Notes: a model not told the origin generated them from the sequence alone. 64,000 nt of DNA from Candidatus Zhuqueibacterota bacterium (GCA_049322915.1 JBMOPW010000010.1:73994-137993), one strand, 5' to 3'; counted from the first letter of the stretch, positions 49,608 to 61,700 are shown. Numbers and translations: made by a program.

Positions 49608-50881
49608 ACATGTCCTCTCAAGACTTGATCTTCGGATTTTTTCCAGACCACGTTCCCTTTCTTGATCACGCAGCCTGCATGATTGATACCAAAATGGTAA
49701 GGTAAATATTTGTAATTCGGAATATTCCATAGCACTATATCGGCCTGGCTTCCCGGAGCAAGCGTTCCAATGTGTCCTGACCGGTGAATGGCCCGGGCTG
49801 CATGCGCCGTTGCCGCCAGCCACACTTCTTCCGGCAGCATCTTCATGTAAATGCAGGCCAGGGTCATCATCATGGGCATGGATTGGGTCATACAACTGCC
49901 GGGATTGAAGTCGGTGGCAATGGCCGCCGGCAGGCCGGCGTCGATCATTTTTCGCGCCGGGGCGTAACGACCCAATCCCAGAAAGAAGACAGCCCCCGGC
50001 AACAGCACCGGCACAGTGCCCGCTTGCCTGAACGCTTCAATCGCTGCATCGCTGATGTAATCGAGATGATCCGCGGATACAGCGCGCAATCTGGCGGCGA
50101 TTTCCGAACCACCGCTGGAACCGAGTTGGTCAGCATGTATCTTCAGCTTCAAGCCGGCGTCGCTGGCCGCTGTTAAAATTTTCTCTGTCTCGTGCCGATT
50201 GAAGACATGGTCTTCGCAGAAGATGTCGCAGAACTCGGCCAATCCTTCTTCCGCGACTCTCGGGATCATTTCGTGAATGATCAGATCGATATATTCCTGG
50301 CGTTTATCGCGATACTCGTCCGGGATTTCATGAGCGCCTAAAAACGTCGGGACAAGTTCCAGGGGGTGAAGCCGGTTCAACTCCCGGATCACCTGCAACG
50401 ATTTGATCTCATCGTCCAGAGAAAGTCCATAGCCGCTTTTCGCTTCGATGGTGGTTGTCCCGTGTTCTATGAACCGATCCAGGAACGGCAGGGCATGGTC
50501 GATGAGCTGCTGTTTCGATGCCTGGCGAACCTGTCGGACGCTGTAGCGAATTCCGCCGCCAGCCTGAGCGATGTCCTGGTAGGTCTTGCCGCGGATCCGT
50601 AGTTCGAATTCGTTTTCCCGCGTGCCGAAAAATACCGGGTGCGTGTGCGGATCGACAAAGCCCGGCGCAACCACAGCGTTCTCCGCGTTGATGATGGTGG
50701 CGCGACTGGACACAGCAAACTGCTCGGCTATCGCGTCGAACAGGCCGACATAGACAATTTTCCCATTGGCGCAGCCGATAGAATTGCCCGGGCCGACACT
50801 CCATTCAATCCTGCCTGAATGATCGGGCGGGGGAGAAATGATCTGGCGGGCATTTTTAACGATCAGATCAATTGAAACCAC
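49604..50881 (-). CDS. hutI: Imidazolonepropionase
   Basis: PGFVDPHTH, GGGI, EAKSGYGL, FLGAH, HADQ, SADHL, ATDFNPG. Confidence 0.93.
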   Translation of the reverse strand: MVSIDLIVKNARQIISPPPDHSGRIEWSVGPGNSIGCANGKIVYVGLFDAIAEQFAVSSRATIINAENAVVAPGFVDPHTHPVFFGTRENEFELRIRGKTYQDIAQAGGGIRYSVRQVRQASKQQLIDHALPFLDRFIEHGTTTIEAKSGYGLSLDDEIKSLQVIRELNRLHPLELVPTFLGAHEIPDEYRDKRQEYIDLIIHEMIPRVAEEGLAEFCDIFCEDHVFNRHETEKILTAASDAGLKLKIHADQLGSSGGSEIAARLRAVSADHLDYISDAAIEAFRQAGTVPVLLPGAVFFLGLGRYAPARKMIDAGLPAAIATDFNPGSCMTQSMPMMMTLACIYMKMLPEEVWLAATAHAARAIHRSGHIGTLAPGSQADIVLWNIPNYKYLPYHFGINHAGCVIKKGNVVWKKSEDQVLRGHV

Positions 50882-51370
50882 GGATTATCATCCTTCATCT
50901 TGGTCAGAAACGTGGCAGACCGGAAATCAATTTTCTGTTCACTCATTTTTTTTACGCCATCGCAGACCTGGGCGCAACCACGAATAAAAGGCAATATAAG
51001 TAATTCGTAACAAAAAGCCAATAAAAATTTCAGTCGATTATTTTCCTGATTCAATCCCGGCCAGGATTCGTTCCGCGAACACGCTGATCAGTCGCCATGG
51101 GCTGGAGGATTTCAATGTCGCACTGCATGCAGGGATAGCAGCGACAGATACCTTACTTTAACTCATGGGGTACCAAAATGTTTCGGAGCGCGCCTGAGCC
51201 TGACGGTCGTAAAACACCCACGACTGGTTTTGAAAGTCCGGCGTGGATGCCCAGATTTCGAAACCGGCATGGGTATATTTTCAGCCTCGATTGCTGAACG
51301 CAGATGATCCGGGACCGGCCAGACCTGACCGGTGAGTTAAGAATTTATTTCATATAGGGCAAGGTTTATA

Positions 51371-51399
51371 TTGACTTTTAAAATTTAATTTATTATTTT
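51371..51399 (+). promoter_or_regulatory. Probable sigma70-type promoter
   Basis: TTGACT-17 bp-TATTTT upstream of the FmdB/HU cluster. Confidence 0.4.
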
Positions 51400-51501
51400 A
51401 ACGGCTTAAAGTTTTTGGTTTTAACGGGCAGAATCGTTAAACAGCGATGGTTCGGATGGGGTGGGGAGACGCACCATTCCTGCGCCATTGGGGAGTTATC
51501 A

Positions 51502-51726
51502 ATGCCAATTTACGAATATAGATGCCTTTCATGTACCAGGAAATTTGAAGAGTTGATTCGATCCGGCGAGAGAGACAGGGAGATCACATGTCCCGGGTGT
51601 TCAGGGAATCGTGTCGAACGGGTGATGTCGGTATTTGGTTTTGCATCGGATGGGGTATCATCGGCCAGCGTACAGTCATCTTCGTGCGGCTCTTGCGCCG
51701 GAGGCCATTGCTCGACGTGTCATTAA
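51502..51726 (+). CDS. FmdB-family zinc-ribbon protein
   Basis: MPIYEYRCLSC...FE...CPGC and a C-terminal CGSCAGGHCSTC; GGGAG SD. Confidence 0.85.
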   Translation: MPIYEYRCLSCTRKFEELIRSGERDREITCPGCSGNRVERVMSVFGFASDGVSSASVQSSSCGSCAGGHCSTCH

Positions 51727-51775
51727 TACAGGCGGCCACACGGTTTACATCAACTCCGATTGAAGGAGACATACT

Positions 51776-52093
51776 TTGACAAAAAATGATATTGTAAATA
51801 TTCTGGCCGAAGGCACCGGCCTGACCAAAGTGGAGACCGCCGCTGTTGTCGACGGCATGTTCGCCACGTTAAGTTACGCGCTGCAAAAAGGCGAGACCAT
51901 CGACATCCGCGGTTTTGGTCGGTTCAAAGTCGTCCATCGCAAACAGCGCAAAGGACGCAATCCCAAGACCGGGGAAGAGGTTATCATCCCTGCGCGGAAG
52001 ATGCCTGTCTTCCAGTGTTCCAAAGATTTGCGCGGGCAGGTGAATGAGCCGTTTGAAAAAGACGACCAGTTTGAACGGGTCGAATGGAAATGA
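51776..52093 (+). CDS. hup: HU/IHF-family DNA-binding protein
   Basis: IRGFGRF and canonical RKGRNPKTG arm. Confidence 0.9.
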   Translation: MTKNDIVNILAEGTGLTKVETAAVVDGMFATLSYALQKGETIDIRGFGRFKVVHRKQRKGRNPKTGEEVIIPARKMPVFQCSKDLRGQVNEPFEKDDQFERVEWK

Positions 52094-52118
52094 GTGTGCA
52101 GCACCGCAGGTTTTTTGA

Positions 52119-52889
52119 ATGAAACTATTCGACCGCCTACAACGATTTGGAGTGACGGCGAGCGACAATCGATTGGATTACTGGAATTACCAGGTCCAGA
52201 TTGGCCGCTATTATCATGAATATTTTGTGTCGCCCTATTCGGACGGGAAAAAGATATTGGATGTCGGCTGCGGTGAGGGCGGCGTTCTTTCCGTTTTTGA
52301 GAACCAGGGTTATGCCTGCACCGGCCTGGAATACAGCGCCGAGCGCGCGCAATTTGCGCGAAACGAGACGCGAGGCAAAAGTCCAATCATCCACGGCGAT
52401 ATTCAGCAGTTCTCCTCCAGCGAAAAATTCGATGTGATTCTCATTCTAGATGTGATCGAACACGTGCCGGACAAAGAGGCTGCGTTGAATAATATGATCC
52501 GGCTGCTGGCGCCGGGAGGAATCATCGTGGTCTCGTTTCCGCCGTTCCGTTCGCCCTTCGGTGGTCATCAACAGGTGATGCGGTCATGGCTGAAATTTGC
52601 GGTGTACGTTCACCTGCTGGCCCGGCCGATGTATCGCTGGCTGCTGACCTACGTGGAAAAGCAACATATCGCCATGCACCTGAGCAATTACGATACCGGC
52701 GTCACGATGAAACGATTTGAAGCGCTGGTTCAGCAGGCGCAGTTGCAGATCCTGAGAAAGGAGATGTATCTGGTCCGGCCGCGACAGGCGTTCCGATTCC
52801 ATTTGAAAATTAGAAAATACCGACTTCGGTTCCTGCGGGAATTTCTCTGCTCAGGGATCGTGTACATTTTAAAACCACGCGAGACCTGA
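52119..52889 (+). CDS. Class I SAM-dependent methyltransferase
   Basis: ILDVGCGEGG, DVIEHV, LAPGG, PFGGH. Confidence 0.85.
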   Translation: MKLFDRLQRFGVTASDNRLDYWNYQVQIGRYYHEYFVSPYSDGKKILDVGCGEGGVLSVFENQGYACTGLEYSAERAQFARNETRGKSPIIHGDIQQFSSSEKFDVILILDVIEHVPDKEAALNNMIRLLAPGGIIVVSFPPFRSPFGGHQQVMRSWLKFAVYVHLLARPMYRWLLTYVEKQHIAMHLSNYDTGVTMKRFEALVQQAQLQILRKEMYLVRPRQAFRFHLKIRKYRLRFLREFLCSGIVYILKPRET

Positions 52890-52960
52890 TAGAAAAAGAA
52901 CATAGATAAACCAATTCGCTAACCTCAACAATGACTTATGATGGGAAAGGAGGTGGAATC

Positions 52961-53056
52961 ATGCCCAGTGGAAAAAAACGAAAACGACATAAGATAGCCA
53001 CGCACAAGCGTAAAAAACGCTTAAGAAAAGATCGCCATAAAAAGAAAAACAGATAG
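52961..53056 (+). CDS. 30S ribosomal protein bS22 (AURKAIP1/COX24-like), 31 aa
   Basis: MPSGKKRKRHKIATHKRKKRLRKDRHKKKNR with a strong AAAGGAGGTG SD; too short for the ORF track. Confidence 0.85.
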   Translation: MPSGKKRKRHKIATHKRKKRLRKDRHKKKNR

Positions 53057-53145
53057 TCCTAACATCTTTTTTTCATAAAGAGGAGATAGTATTAGACTTG
53101 ATCTCTATCGTGGTGGGGTGTTTAGTTGATTTTGCGGGATAAGAA

Positions 53146-55356
53146 ATGGATCGAAAGAAAAAGACAATTCTCCTGATCGATGATGAATTGACCATGCATT
53201 CCCTGGCCAGGGCATTTTTAGAAAATGCCGGATATCATGTGATTTCGGCCTACGATGGTCAGCAGGGATTAGAGATGATTTTGAAATATAAACCGGACCT
53301 GGTCCTGCTGGATTATATGATGCCAAAAATGTATGGAGATCAAGTCTATTCACAACTGCTAACAAATTCCCGTTTCGAAGAAGTGGCGCACACGCCCGTG
53401 ATTGTTTTGACAGCCAGAGACACCGATCATTCATTGCGAAATCGGTTTCTGGAAGGCGGCGTGGGCGCATATCTTCAAAAACCATTTGGTCTTCGGGAAC
53501 TGCTGAACATCATCGAAAACGTCTTCATCGTCGATGAGATCAAGCGGAAAAATCTCCAACTCCAGGACGATCTGTTTCGGACCCGCGAATATCTGGAATC
53601 GCTGTTTCAAAATATTCCCATCGGCATCCTTTCCGCCGACAGGAATGGTACGATTCTGCGGGTCAATTCCAATCTTGCAGCAATTCTGGGAGAACATCCC
53701 GGCCGTACCATCACCGGTGGAAATTTATTGTCCCAGGATCTCTTTCAACAACCCGAACTCACCTCAAAATTCAAACAGACATTAGAGAACGGAAAAAATT
53801 TTCAGACCGAACCATTCGAGTTTCATGCAACCGCGGATCGAAGGGTTCGGTTGATTATTTCCGGGGTCCCGCTACGAACGCGGGATTCCCAGGATATCTC
53901 CGGGCTGATTCTGATTGTTCAGGACGTAACGATGCTTTTCCGGCGCGAACATGAAATGTCCATGCTCAGTCATATCAGTCATTTCATGCAGGAAATTGCC
54001 GGCCTGGATCAGTTGCTGCATCTGATTCTCACCGCAATCACCGCCGGCTGCGCCATGGGTTTCAGCCGGGCGATGATCCTGCTTCTCAATCGTAAAAAAC
54101 ATGTGCTCGAAGGAAGAATGGGTGTGGGGCCGACCACACAGACCGACGCCTATCGCATCTGGAAGGAATTGGGCGATGAAAACATCGCGCTGTTCCCGTT
54201 CCTGGAAAAATATGGCAAGAAACATCCACGCGACGGCGACGGCTACAATAAGCTGGTCAAAAAAATTGTCATCCCGGACAGCGCCAAAAACTGCATTTTC
54301 ATCAAAGCGATCGATACGAACGAATCCTTCCTCAGCAATCGCCGGGATATTGAATGCAATATGCCCAATGACCTGCTGAGCCAGTTGCAGTTGGATGACT
54401 TCATCGTGGCGCCCCTCGTCGCCAAAAATAAAGTGATCGGCGTTGTTGTGGCCGATAACCAGTTCGCATTTCAGCCCATCGACCAGGGCCGGGTCGAACT
54501 TCTCAAATTGTTCGTCAACCAGGCCGGGCTGGCCATTGAACGCGCTGAAGCCTATTCCAATCTCGAGGTGGAGAAGAATAAACTCCAGCAGGCGTACGAG
54601 GAATTGAAAAACACCCAGGATCGGCTGCTGCATTCCGAGCGGCTGGCGACTGTCGGCGAAATGGCAGCTCAGGTTGCCCACGAAATTCGGAATCCGCTGG
54701 TGACCATCGGCGGCTTTGCGCGGTCCATCGAACGGACTGCGGATAAAAAAGAAATCAGCGAACTGAAAAATGTCGGCAAAATCATCGCCCAGGAAGTCGA
54801 CCGGCTGGAAAAAGTGCTGACCAATGTTCTCGATTTTTCACGCCTTTCCAAACCTCAACCTGTCCTCACGGACATCAATAAAATAATTGAAGAGTCGTGT
54901 TACCTCCTGACAGTGCAGGAAGAAATTTCCCAAATTGGCATTCACCTGCACAAGGAGCTGGACGCCACTCTCCCCACAGTGCTGATGGACCCTCAGCAAA
55001 TCAAGCAAGTTCTGCTCAACCTGCTACAGAATGCGGTGCACTCCATGCCGCAAGGCGGTGATCTCAAAATCACATCGCACAAAACCGGGGCAGGACAGAT
55101 TCGCGTCAGCGTCACCGATTCCGGGCAGGGCATTCCGCCGGACGTGCTCGAAGAAATGTTCAATCCGTTCTTCACCACCAAAGCGGATGGCACCGGCCTG
55201 GGATTGCCCATCTCCGAGAAAATCATCCATACGCACGGCGGCAAAATTGAGGTGTCGAGCGAAGTGAATCGCGGAACGACGTTCAGCTTCACGCTGAATA
55301 TTATCACCGATCTGAATAAATTCGTGATGCAGAATAGCAGCCCTGACAACGAATAG
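53146..55356 (+). CDS. Hybrid sensor histidine kinase (REC-PAS-GAF-HisKA-HATPase)
   Basis: N-terminal REC (LDYMMP), PAS, GAF, H-box AHEIRNPL, N box, DSGQG, FFTTK, GTGLGL. Confidence 0.92.
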   Translation: MDRKKKTILLIDDELTMHSLARAFLENAGYHVISAYDGQQGLEMILKYKPDLVLLDYMMPKMYGDQVYSQLLTNSRFEEVAHTPVIVLTARDTDHSLRNRFLEGGVGAYLQKPFGLRELLNIIENVFIVDEIKRKNLQLQDDLFRTREYLESLFQNIPIGILSADRNGTILRVNSNLAAILGEHPGRTITGGNLLSQDLFQQPELTSKFKQTLENGKNFQTEPFEFHATADRRVRLIISGVPLRTRDSQDISGLILIVQDVTMLFRREHEMSMLSHISHFMQEIAGLDQLLHLILTAITAGCAMGFSRAMILLLNRKKHVLEGRMGVGPTTQTDAYRIWKELGDENIALFPFLEKYGKKHPRDGDGYNKLVKKIVIPDSAKNCIFIKAIDTNESFLSNRRDIECNMPNDLLSQLQLDDFIVAPLVAKNKVIGVVVADNQFAFQPIDQGRVELLKLFVNQAGLAIERAEAYSNLEVEKNKLQQAYEELKNTQDRLLHSERLATVGEMAAQVAHEIRNPLVTIGGFARSIERTADKKEISELKNVGKIIAQEVDRLEKVLTNVLDFSRLSKPQPVLTDINKIIEESCYLLTVQEEISQIGIHLHKELDATLPTVLMDPQQIKQVLLNLLQNAVHSMPQGGDLKITSHKTGAGQIRVSVTDSGQGIPPDVLEEMFNPFFTTKADGTGLGLPISEKIIHTHGGKIEVSSEVNRGTTFSFTLNIITDLNKFVMQNSSPDNE

Positions 55357-55370
55357 CCAGCCATTCGCGC

Positions 55371-55478
55371 ACCGGTTGAAACGGTTATTTTATTCTTTTG
55401 CTTTTTGGAAGACGCCATGATAAATCATGGTGTTAGTTCAATAATATTGTACCATCACCACAATTTATTGTGGTGATT
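55371..55478. repeat. REP-like doublet (same family as 1680-1778)
   Basis: ACCGGTTGAAACGGT plus the inverted pair ACGCCATGATAAATCATGGTGTTAGTTCAA / TTGTACCATCACCACAATTTATTGTGGTGAT. Confidence 0.65.
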
Positions 55479-55769
55479 AACGCACGCTTGCCACGGATGG
55501 CCGACGTATCACAGCGACAACGGAATTTCTCCCCGGGACCAGTGGAAAGGATCCATCTGGATGCCGTTTCATCCGGGGCAGGCGCACGACGCATATTTGA
55601 AATACGACAACCGGGGAATCTCACGCATTCACCCAAAATCCTCGCCGCTCCCGGTCTTTCGAAGGCGCCATCGACAACCGCTTTGATCGTGATCCGTTGC
55701 CGGAACTGACTCTGATCTGCACAAGAACAGGCATCATTTTCACATTTGAATTACTGGTGGAGTACTCAC

Positions 55770-58700
55770 ATGACTGACAACCACAAATCAAAATCCCAAC
55801 TCGTCGCCGAACTGCACACGCTGCGGCAGCGTATCTCCGATCTCGAGACCAGACCTTTTCCGGGGGATTCTCCGGAGCGGAGAATTCAGCATTTGAACCG
55901 CGTGCTGCGCGCGATTCGAAATGTCAACCAGCTCATCACCAAAGAGAAGAATCGGGAAGCGCTGATTGAAAAGACCTGCGCCACTCTGGTGGAGACGCGA
56001 GGTTTTTTTTCCGCATGGATCGTTCTGTTAAATGATGACCAAAGCCTTGTTCAGGCCGCGGCGGATGGTCTGGGCGACGAATTTCAGACGCTCAAACAAC
56101 AGCTCGCTGCCGGCTCATTGAATGAATGCGCCACCCGAGCGCTGAAACGACGCGGCGTGGTCGTCATTGAGAATACTGTAAACGAGTGCCACGGTTGTCC
56201 GCTCGTTGGCAAAGAACCGGGCCGGGCAATGACCGTTCGCCTGGAATTTGGCAGACGCGTTTATGGCGCCCTGTCTGTGGCCGTCCCGGCAACTCTGGCG
56301 ACTGATAGCGAGGAGCAACTGCTGCTGCATGAGGTTGCCGATGACATTGGATTTGCCCTGCACAATATCGACCTGGAACAGGAACGAGACATGACGGAAA
56401 CAGCGCTGCGGGATAGCGAAGAGCGGTTCAGAATGCTTTTCAACAGCGGCTCGGATATCACTGTTGTGACTGAATTGAAACGCAGCGGCATACCCGGCAA
56501 AATTCTCGACGTGAATGACAACGCAACGAAAATTCTCGGCTATACCAAAGAGGAACTGCGCCAGCATTCTCCCCTCGACTTCATGCCGTTGCAGGAGAAA
56601 AAGAAGTACCTGGCCATCTCCAAAAAACTGATGGTGGAAAAGAAGGCTATTTTCGAAACTTCGGGCTACACCAAAAGCGGCCTCCTGTTGGATTTCGAAA
56701 TCAGCGCGGAGATAACTCGGTATCAGGGAAAGAGGCTCCTCATCAGCGTCGTGCGCGATATTTCCTGGCGCAGGCAGGCTGAAGAGAAGCTGCGCGCGAG
56801 CGAAGAGAAGTATCGCGACCTTTTTCAAAATGCTCCCATCGGAATTTTTCAAACCAATTCCCGGGGGCAGGCGCTGCTGGCAAATGACGCCATGGCCGGG
56901 ATATTGGGCTTTGAAGAACCGGGCGCTGTGCTGGAGTATTACCAGAACCTGGGAGAGCAGCTCTATGTCTCGCCGGAGCGGCGGGATGAATTCATTCGAC
57001 TGATCCGTGAGAATGGCCATGTCGAGGACTTCGAGTACGAGGCGAAATTGTCCGACGGCAGAATAGTCTGGTTGCGCATGAACGCCCGAGCCAGCCAGAA
57101 GTCCGAGGATGGCTCCTTCACCATTCAGGGATTTACCAGCGATGTGACGCAGCGCCGTTGGGTTGAGGACGCTTACCGGGATCTCGTCGACCATTCCTTG
57201 CAGGGCATTGGCGTTCTTCAGGACGGCGTTCTCGTATTCGCCAACCGCGCTCTGACGCAAATTACCGGATATTCCCACGAGGAGTTGATGGCCATGTCGC
57301 CGCAACAGATGCACGAAACCGTGCATCCGGAAGACCGGGAATGGGTGCTCAAAAATCTGACCGATCGAATGGCGGGCAGGGATGTTTCCGGGCGGAGCGA
57401 ATTTCGCATCATCCGCAAGGATGGATCCGTGCGCTGGGTGGAGGCTTTTGCCACCCGAATCGAGCGTCATGGGAAATCCTCCCTTCAGATCACCTACATC
57501 GATATCACCCAGCGCAAGCTGGCGGAGGATGCATTGCGCCGGAGTGAAGGATTACTGGAAAGAACGCAGCGCATCACCAAAGTCGGCGGCTGGGAGTGGG
57601 ACATCCTTCAGCAGGCCATGTACTGGACCGATGAAGCGTATCGCATTCATGATTATGACCCGGCTGCGATTGAGCCCGGCGATAAGAGCCATGTTGAAGC
57701 CAGTCTGAGATGTTATGATCCGGCGGATCAGCCGGTGATATCGCAGGCGTTCGAACGATGCGCCAGAGAGGGGCAATCGTACGATCTCGAATTTCCGTTC
57801 ACAACATCGAAAGGGCGCCGGCTGTGGATTCGCACATCAGCCAGAGCAGAATACGAGAATGGTCGCATCGCGCGGGTGAACGGCATGATCGCGGATATCA
57901 CCGACCGCCGGCAGGCAGAACTGGCGCTGAAGGAAAGCGAAACATTGCTTCGAAGCGTCATCGACGCCATCCCGGTGTGCATCTATGCCAAGGACCTTCA
58001 CGGCACGTATATTTTCGCCAACCAATTCATCGCGGATTTATATGGGACAACGCCGGCGGAGATAATCGGTAAAACGGATCTGGACTTTGCTGAACGCATG
58101 AGTCTGACTCAGGAGGACGCGGCGGCGTTCATGCGCGATGACCAGGAGGTGATCACGCGACAGCAGATTAAGATTGTCGAAGAAGAGCCGTATACCCGCC
58201 CGGACGGGACAGTCCGATGGTTTCATACGACGAAACTCCCACTCCAATTGCAGGATAACCCGCTGTGCATGCTCGGCGTTTCAAAGGATATCACCGAGCG
58301 TCGGGCGATGCAGGAAAAATTACGACAGAGCGAGGAACGGCACCGGCATTTATTGGAATCCATTCAGGACAGCGTGTACGTTCTGGACAGGGAATGGCGT
58401 CATACCCTGGTCAATGAGGCGGGAGTGCGATTCACCCATGTCCCGCGGGAGAGGCTCCTCGGGAATAAGCTGACCGATCTGTTCCCCGGCGTGGAAAATA
58501 CTCCCTTTTTCGAGACGTTTCAGCGCGTCATGAATGATCGCAGGCCGGAAGTGGTTTCGACCGAATTCACGTTTGAGGATGGCCGCAGCGGCTGGTACGA
58601 GATTTATGTCTCCCCTGTGCCGGAGGGTATTTTGTGCATCTCGCGCGATATCAGCGAGCGGATGCGGGCAACAGAGGCCTTGCGCCAGAATGAAGAGAAG

Positions 58701-61700
58701 CTCCGGCTTCTGTTTCACAACATCAATGACGTGTTTTACTGCATCGACAGGAGCGGCGCGGTTATCGATATGTCGCCGTCCGTCGAGCGCATCCTGGGTT
58801 ATGAACCGGCAGCGCTCATCGGCAAGTCATTTCCGGAATTGAATATTCTCTCGCCGGATTCTCTCCGGCGCGCGCTTGCCGATACCTTGCAGGTGCTGTC
58901 CGGTGAGTCGATTTCAATGGCTGAATATGAGTTCATCGCCCGGGACGGTTCCCGCCGGTACGGCGAAGTGAGCGGGTCTCCCATCTTCGTCAATGGAGAA
59001 ATTGTTGCCGTCGCTTCGGTCGCGCGCGACATCACCGAGCGAAAATGGGCCGAAGAATCGCTGCGCGAGAGCGAAAATCTGTTCCGCACGCTGTACACAA
59101 ACCTGCCGGGCGGCATGGTGCTCATCGATTCCGACTATCGGATCAAAGACGTCAATCCCGCAACCTGCACCATCACCGGATATTCCCGGGACGAACTGGT
59201 CGGACAGCTCTGCGATATCATCTGCCCCAAAGGTTCGCTATCGAAAAAATGCCCCATCTGGGCGCAGGGCGCAGCCGGGTTCGAAGGGATGGACACGGCT
59301 ATGAAATGTAAGAATGGCTATCGCAATCCTGTCCTGAAGAATTCCAGACGGGTCCTTGTCAATGGGAAGGAGCATATCCTGGAGGTGTTTCAGGATACCC
59401 GGCCGCTCAAGGAGGCCGAGCACGCCCTGCGGACGAGTGAGGAACAATTCCGGCTGCTGGCTGAAAACTCCGTCGACTGCATCTGGAAAATGGATACATC
59501 GTTGCGATTCACCTATCTCAGCCCGGCGCTTGAACGCATGTTTGGAAGCAAACCGGATGAATGGATCGGCACCACGCTCAGGTCGCACTTCAGGAAAAAA
59601 GAGTATGAAAAGATCGAATATCTGATTGTCAGAATTTTTAGCAATGATCCCTCCATCACGAATTTCAACTTTGAGACGAAAATGTTGAATAACGAAGGCG
59701 AGGAAGTGGATCTGGAAGTTACCGGCAAGGTGCTGCTCGATGATGACGGTCAGCTCATTGGACTTCAGGGGACGACGCGGCACATCGCGGAGCGCAAAAT
59801 CGCCGAGGCCAGGCTGGGCTACCGATTCGACCTGGAAAGACTCATCGCGGATATTTCATCGCGATTGGTCGGCATGGAATCGAGCGAACTGGACGCAGAG
59901 ATCCGATACATTCTCAAACGCATCGGGAAATTTACTCAGACTGACCGTATCTCGCTGTACAGATTTAACAATGATTATTCGATGGCAAGTCGCACGCACG
60001 AATGGCGCGCGCGAGGCGTCAGGGCGCAGAAGGAGCACATGCAGAATCTCCCGGCTGCCCACTTTCCGTTGTGGTCGAAAAAGCTGCAACAGTTCGAGAC
60101 GATTTGTATTCCGAGTGTTTCCGAAATGCCGGAAGAGGCCTGTGCGGAAAAAGACTTTCTCCAGTCATTAGGTGAAAAGTCCCTGCTTGTTGTGCCGCTG
60201 GTGTACGGCTCTGAATTGCTTGGTTTTATGACCTTCAACTCGTATCAAAAAGAACGAACCTGGTCTGATGAAGATAAGGCCCTGATTCGGACGATTGGAG
60301 AAATTCTGGCCGCGAAGCTGGTGAACCGGCGCGTCGAAAAAGAGAAGGCAAAACTCTTTCACGATATGGGGGAGCGGTTGAAGGAAATGAATCTGATGTT
60401 TCAGGTGTCCCAATTCAAAGTGGAACCCAACGCGACGCTGGGCGAATTTCTGCAAAAGACCGTGAACAGCATTCCGACCGCATGGCAATTTTCGGAGATC
60501 GCCTGCGCGAGGATTGCGTTGAATGGCAAAGAGTATGCGACGGAGAATTTCAAAGCGACCCGATGGTGTCAGGCGGCGCCCATTCTGCTCCACGGCGAAA
60601 AGGCCGGAATGCTTCAGGTCTGTTATCTGGAGAAACGACCGGATGAATTCGAGGGTCCGTTTCTTAGAGAAGAGCGGTATTTAATTGAAAGTATCGCTCA
60701 GCAAATCACGACGTTCGCAGAGCGAAATACATCGGAAATTGAACTGCGCGACAGCGAGGAGAAATTCCGCACCATCACCGAACAGATGGCGGACATGGTG
60801 TTTCTCACCGATGCCCTGGGGCATCTCAGTTACGTTTCGCCTGCTTCGGAGCAGATATTTGGCTATCCTTTCGGGGCGATGAATGGACATCCGTTCATGG
60901 AATTTCTTGTTGATTCCGAAATTCCCAAAGCGATAGCGGCGTTTCAAACATCGTTGAGCACGCGGTCAGAGGTCAGAAATCTCGAGCTGCTGATGAAACG
61001 TGCAGATGGCTCTGTGTTCACCGGCGAGTTGAATGCCAGGGTGTATATCAAAGGCGATTTTGTGGGAACCATCGGCTTGATTCGGGACATCACCGAGCGC
61101 AAACGAAGCGTGGAAGCGCTGAGAGAGAGCGAGCAGCGGTACAAAGATTTCATTCAGAATTCACCATTAGGAGTCTTTGTCTCGGATGAAAACGGTCGCT
61201 ACATACAGGTAAATCCCTCTGCATCCAAAATTACAGGTTACAGTGAGACAGAGTTACTTACGATGGGTATTGCGGACTTCGTGTCTGAAGATATGATGGA
61301 ACAAGGAATGAAGCATTTTCAGACTGTCATTCACGAGGGTAAGGCGTATGGTGAGTTACGGTTCCGTCACAAAAGCGGCGAACTGCGCTGGTGGGTGATA
61401 TCGGCAGTCAAGCTTTCAGATACGCGATTCCTCGCCTTCTGCGATGATAGCACCGAGCGAAAGAAGAATGAAGAAGAGCGAACCAACCTGGAAGCTCAGC
61501 TTCGGCGTTCGCAAAAGATGGAAACCATCGGCACCCTGGCCGGCGGCATTGCCCACGATTTCAACAATATCCTGACGCCGATTATGGGCTATACTGATAT
61601 GGCCATCTCGCAACTGTCCCTGGACCATCCGCTCCGGGAGGATTTGAAACTCGTGCTCCGGGGCGCGCATCGCGCAAAGGACCTGGTGCAGCAAATTCTG

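Noticed and set aside
51211..51281. Long imperfect inverted repeat between hutI and the FmdB-like gene
   Set aside because: Mismatches favour neither strand as RNA and no second copy is in the window; at most a decayed repeat.
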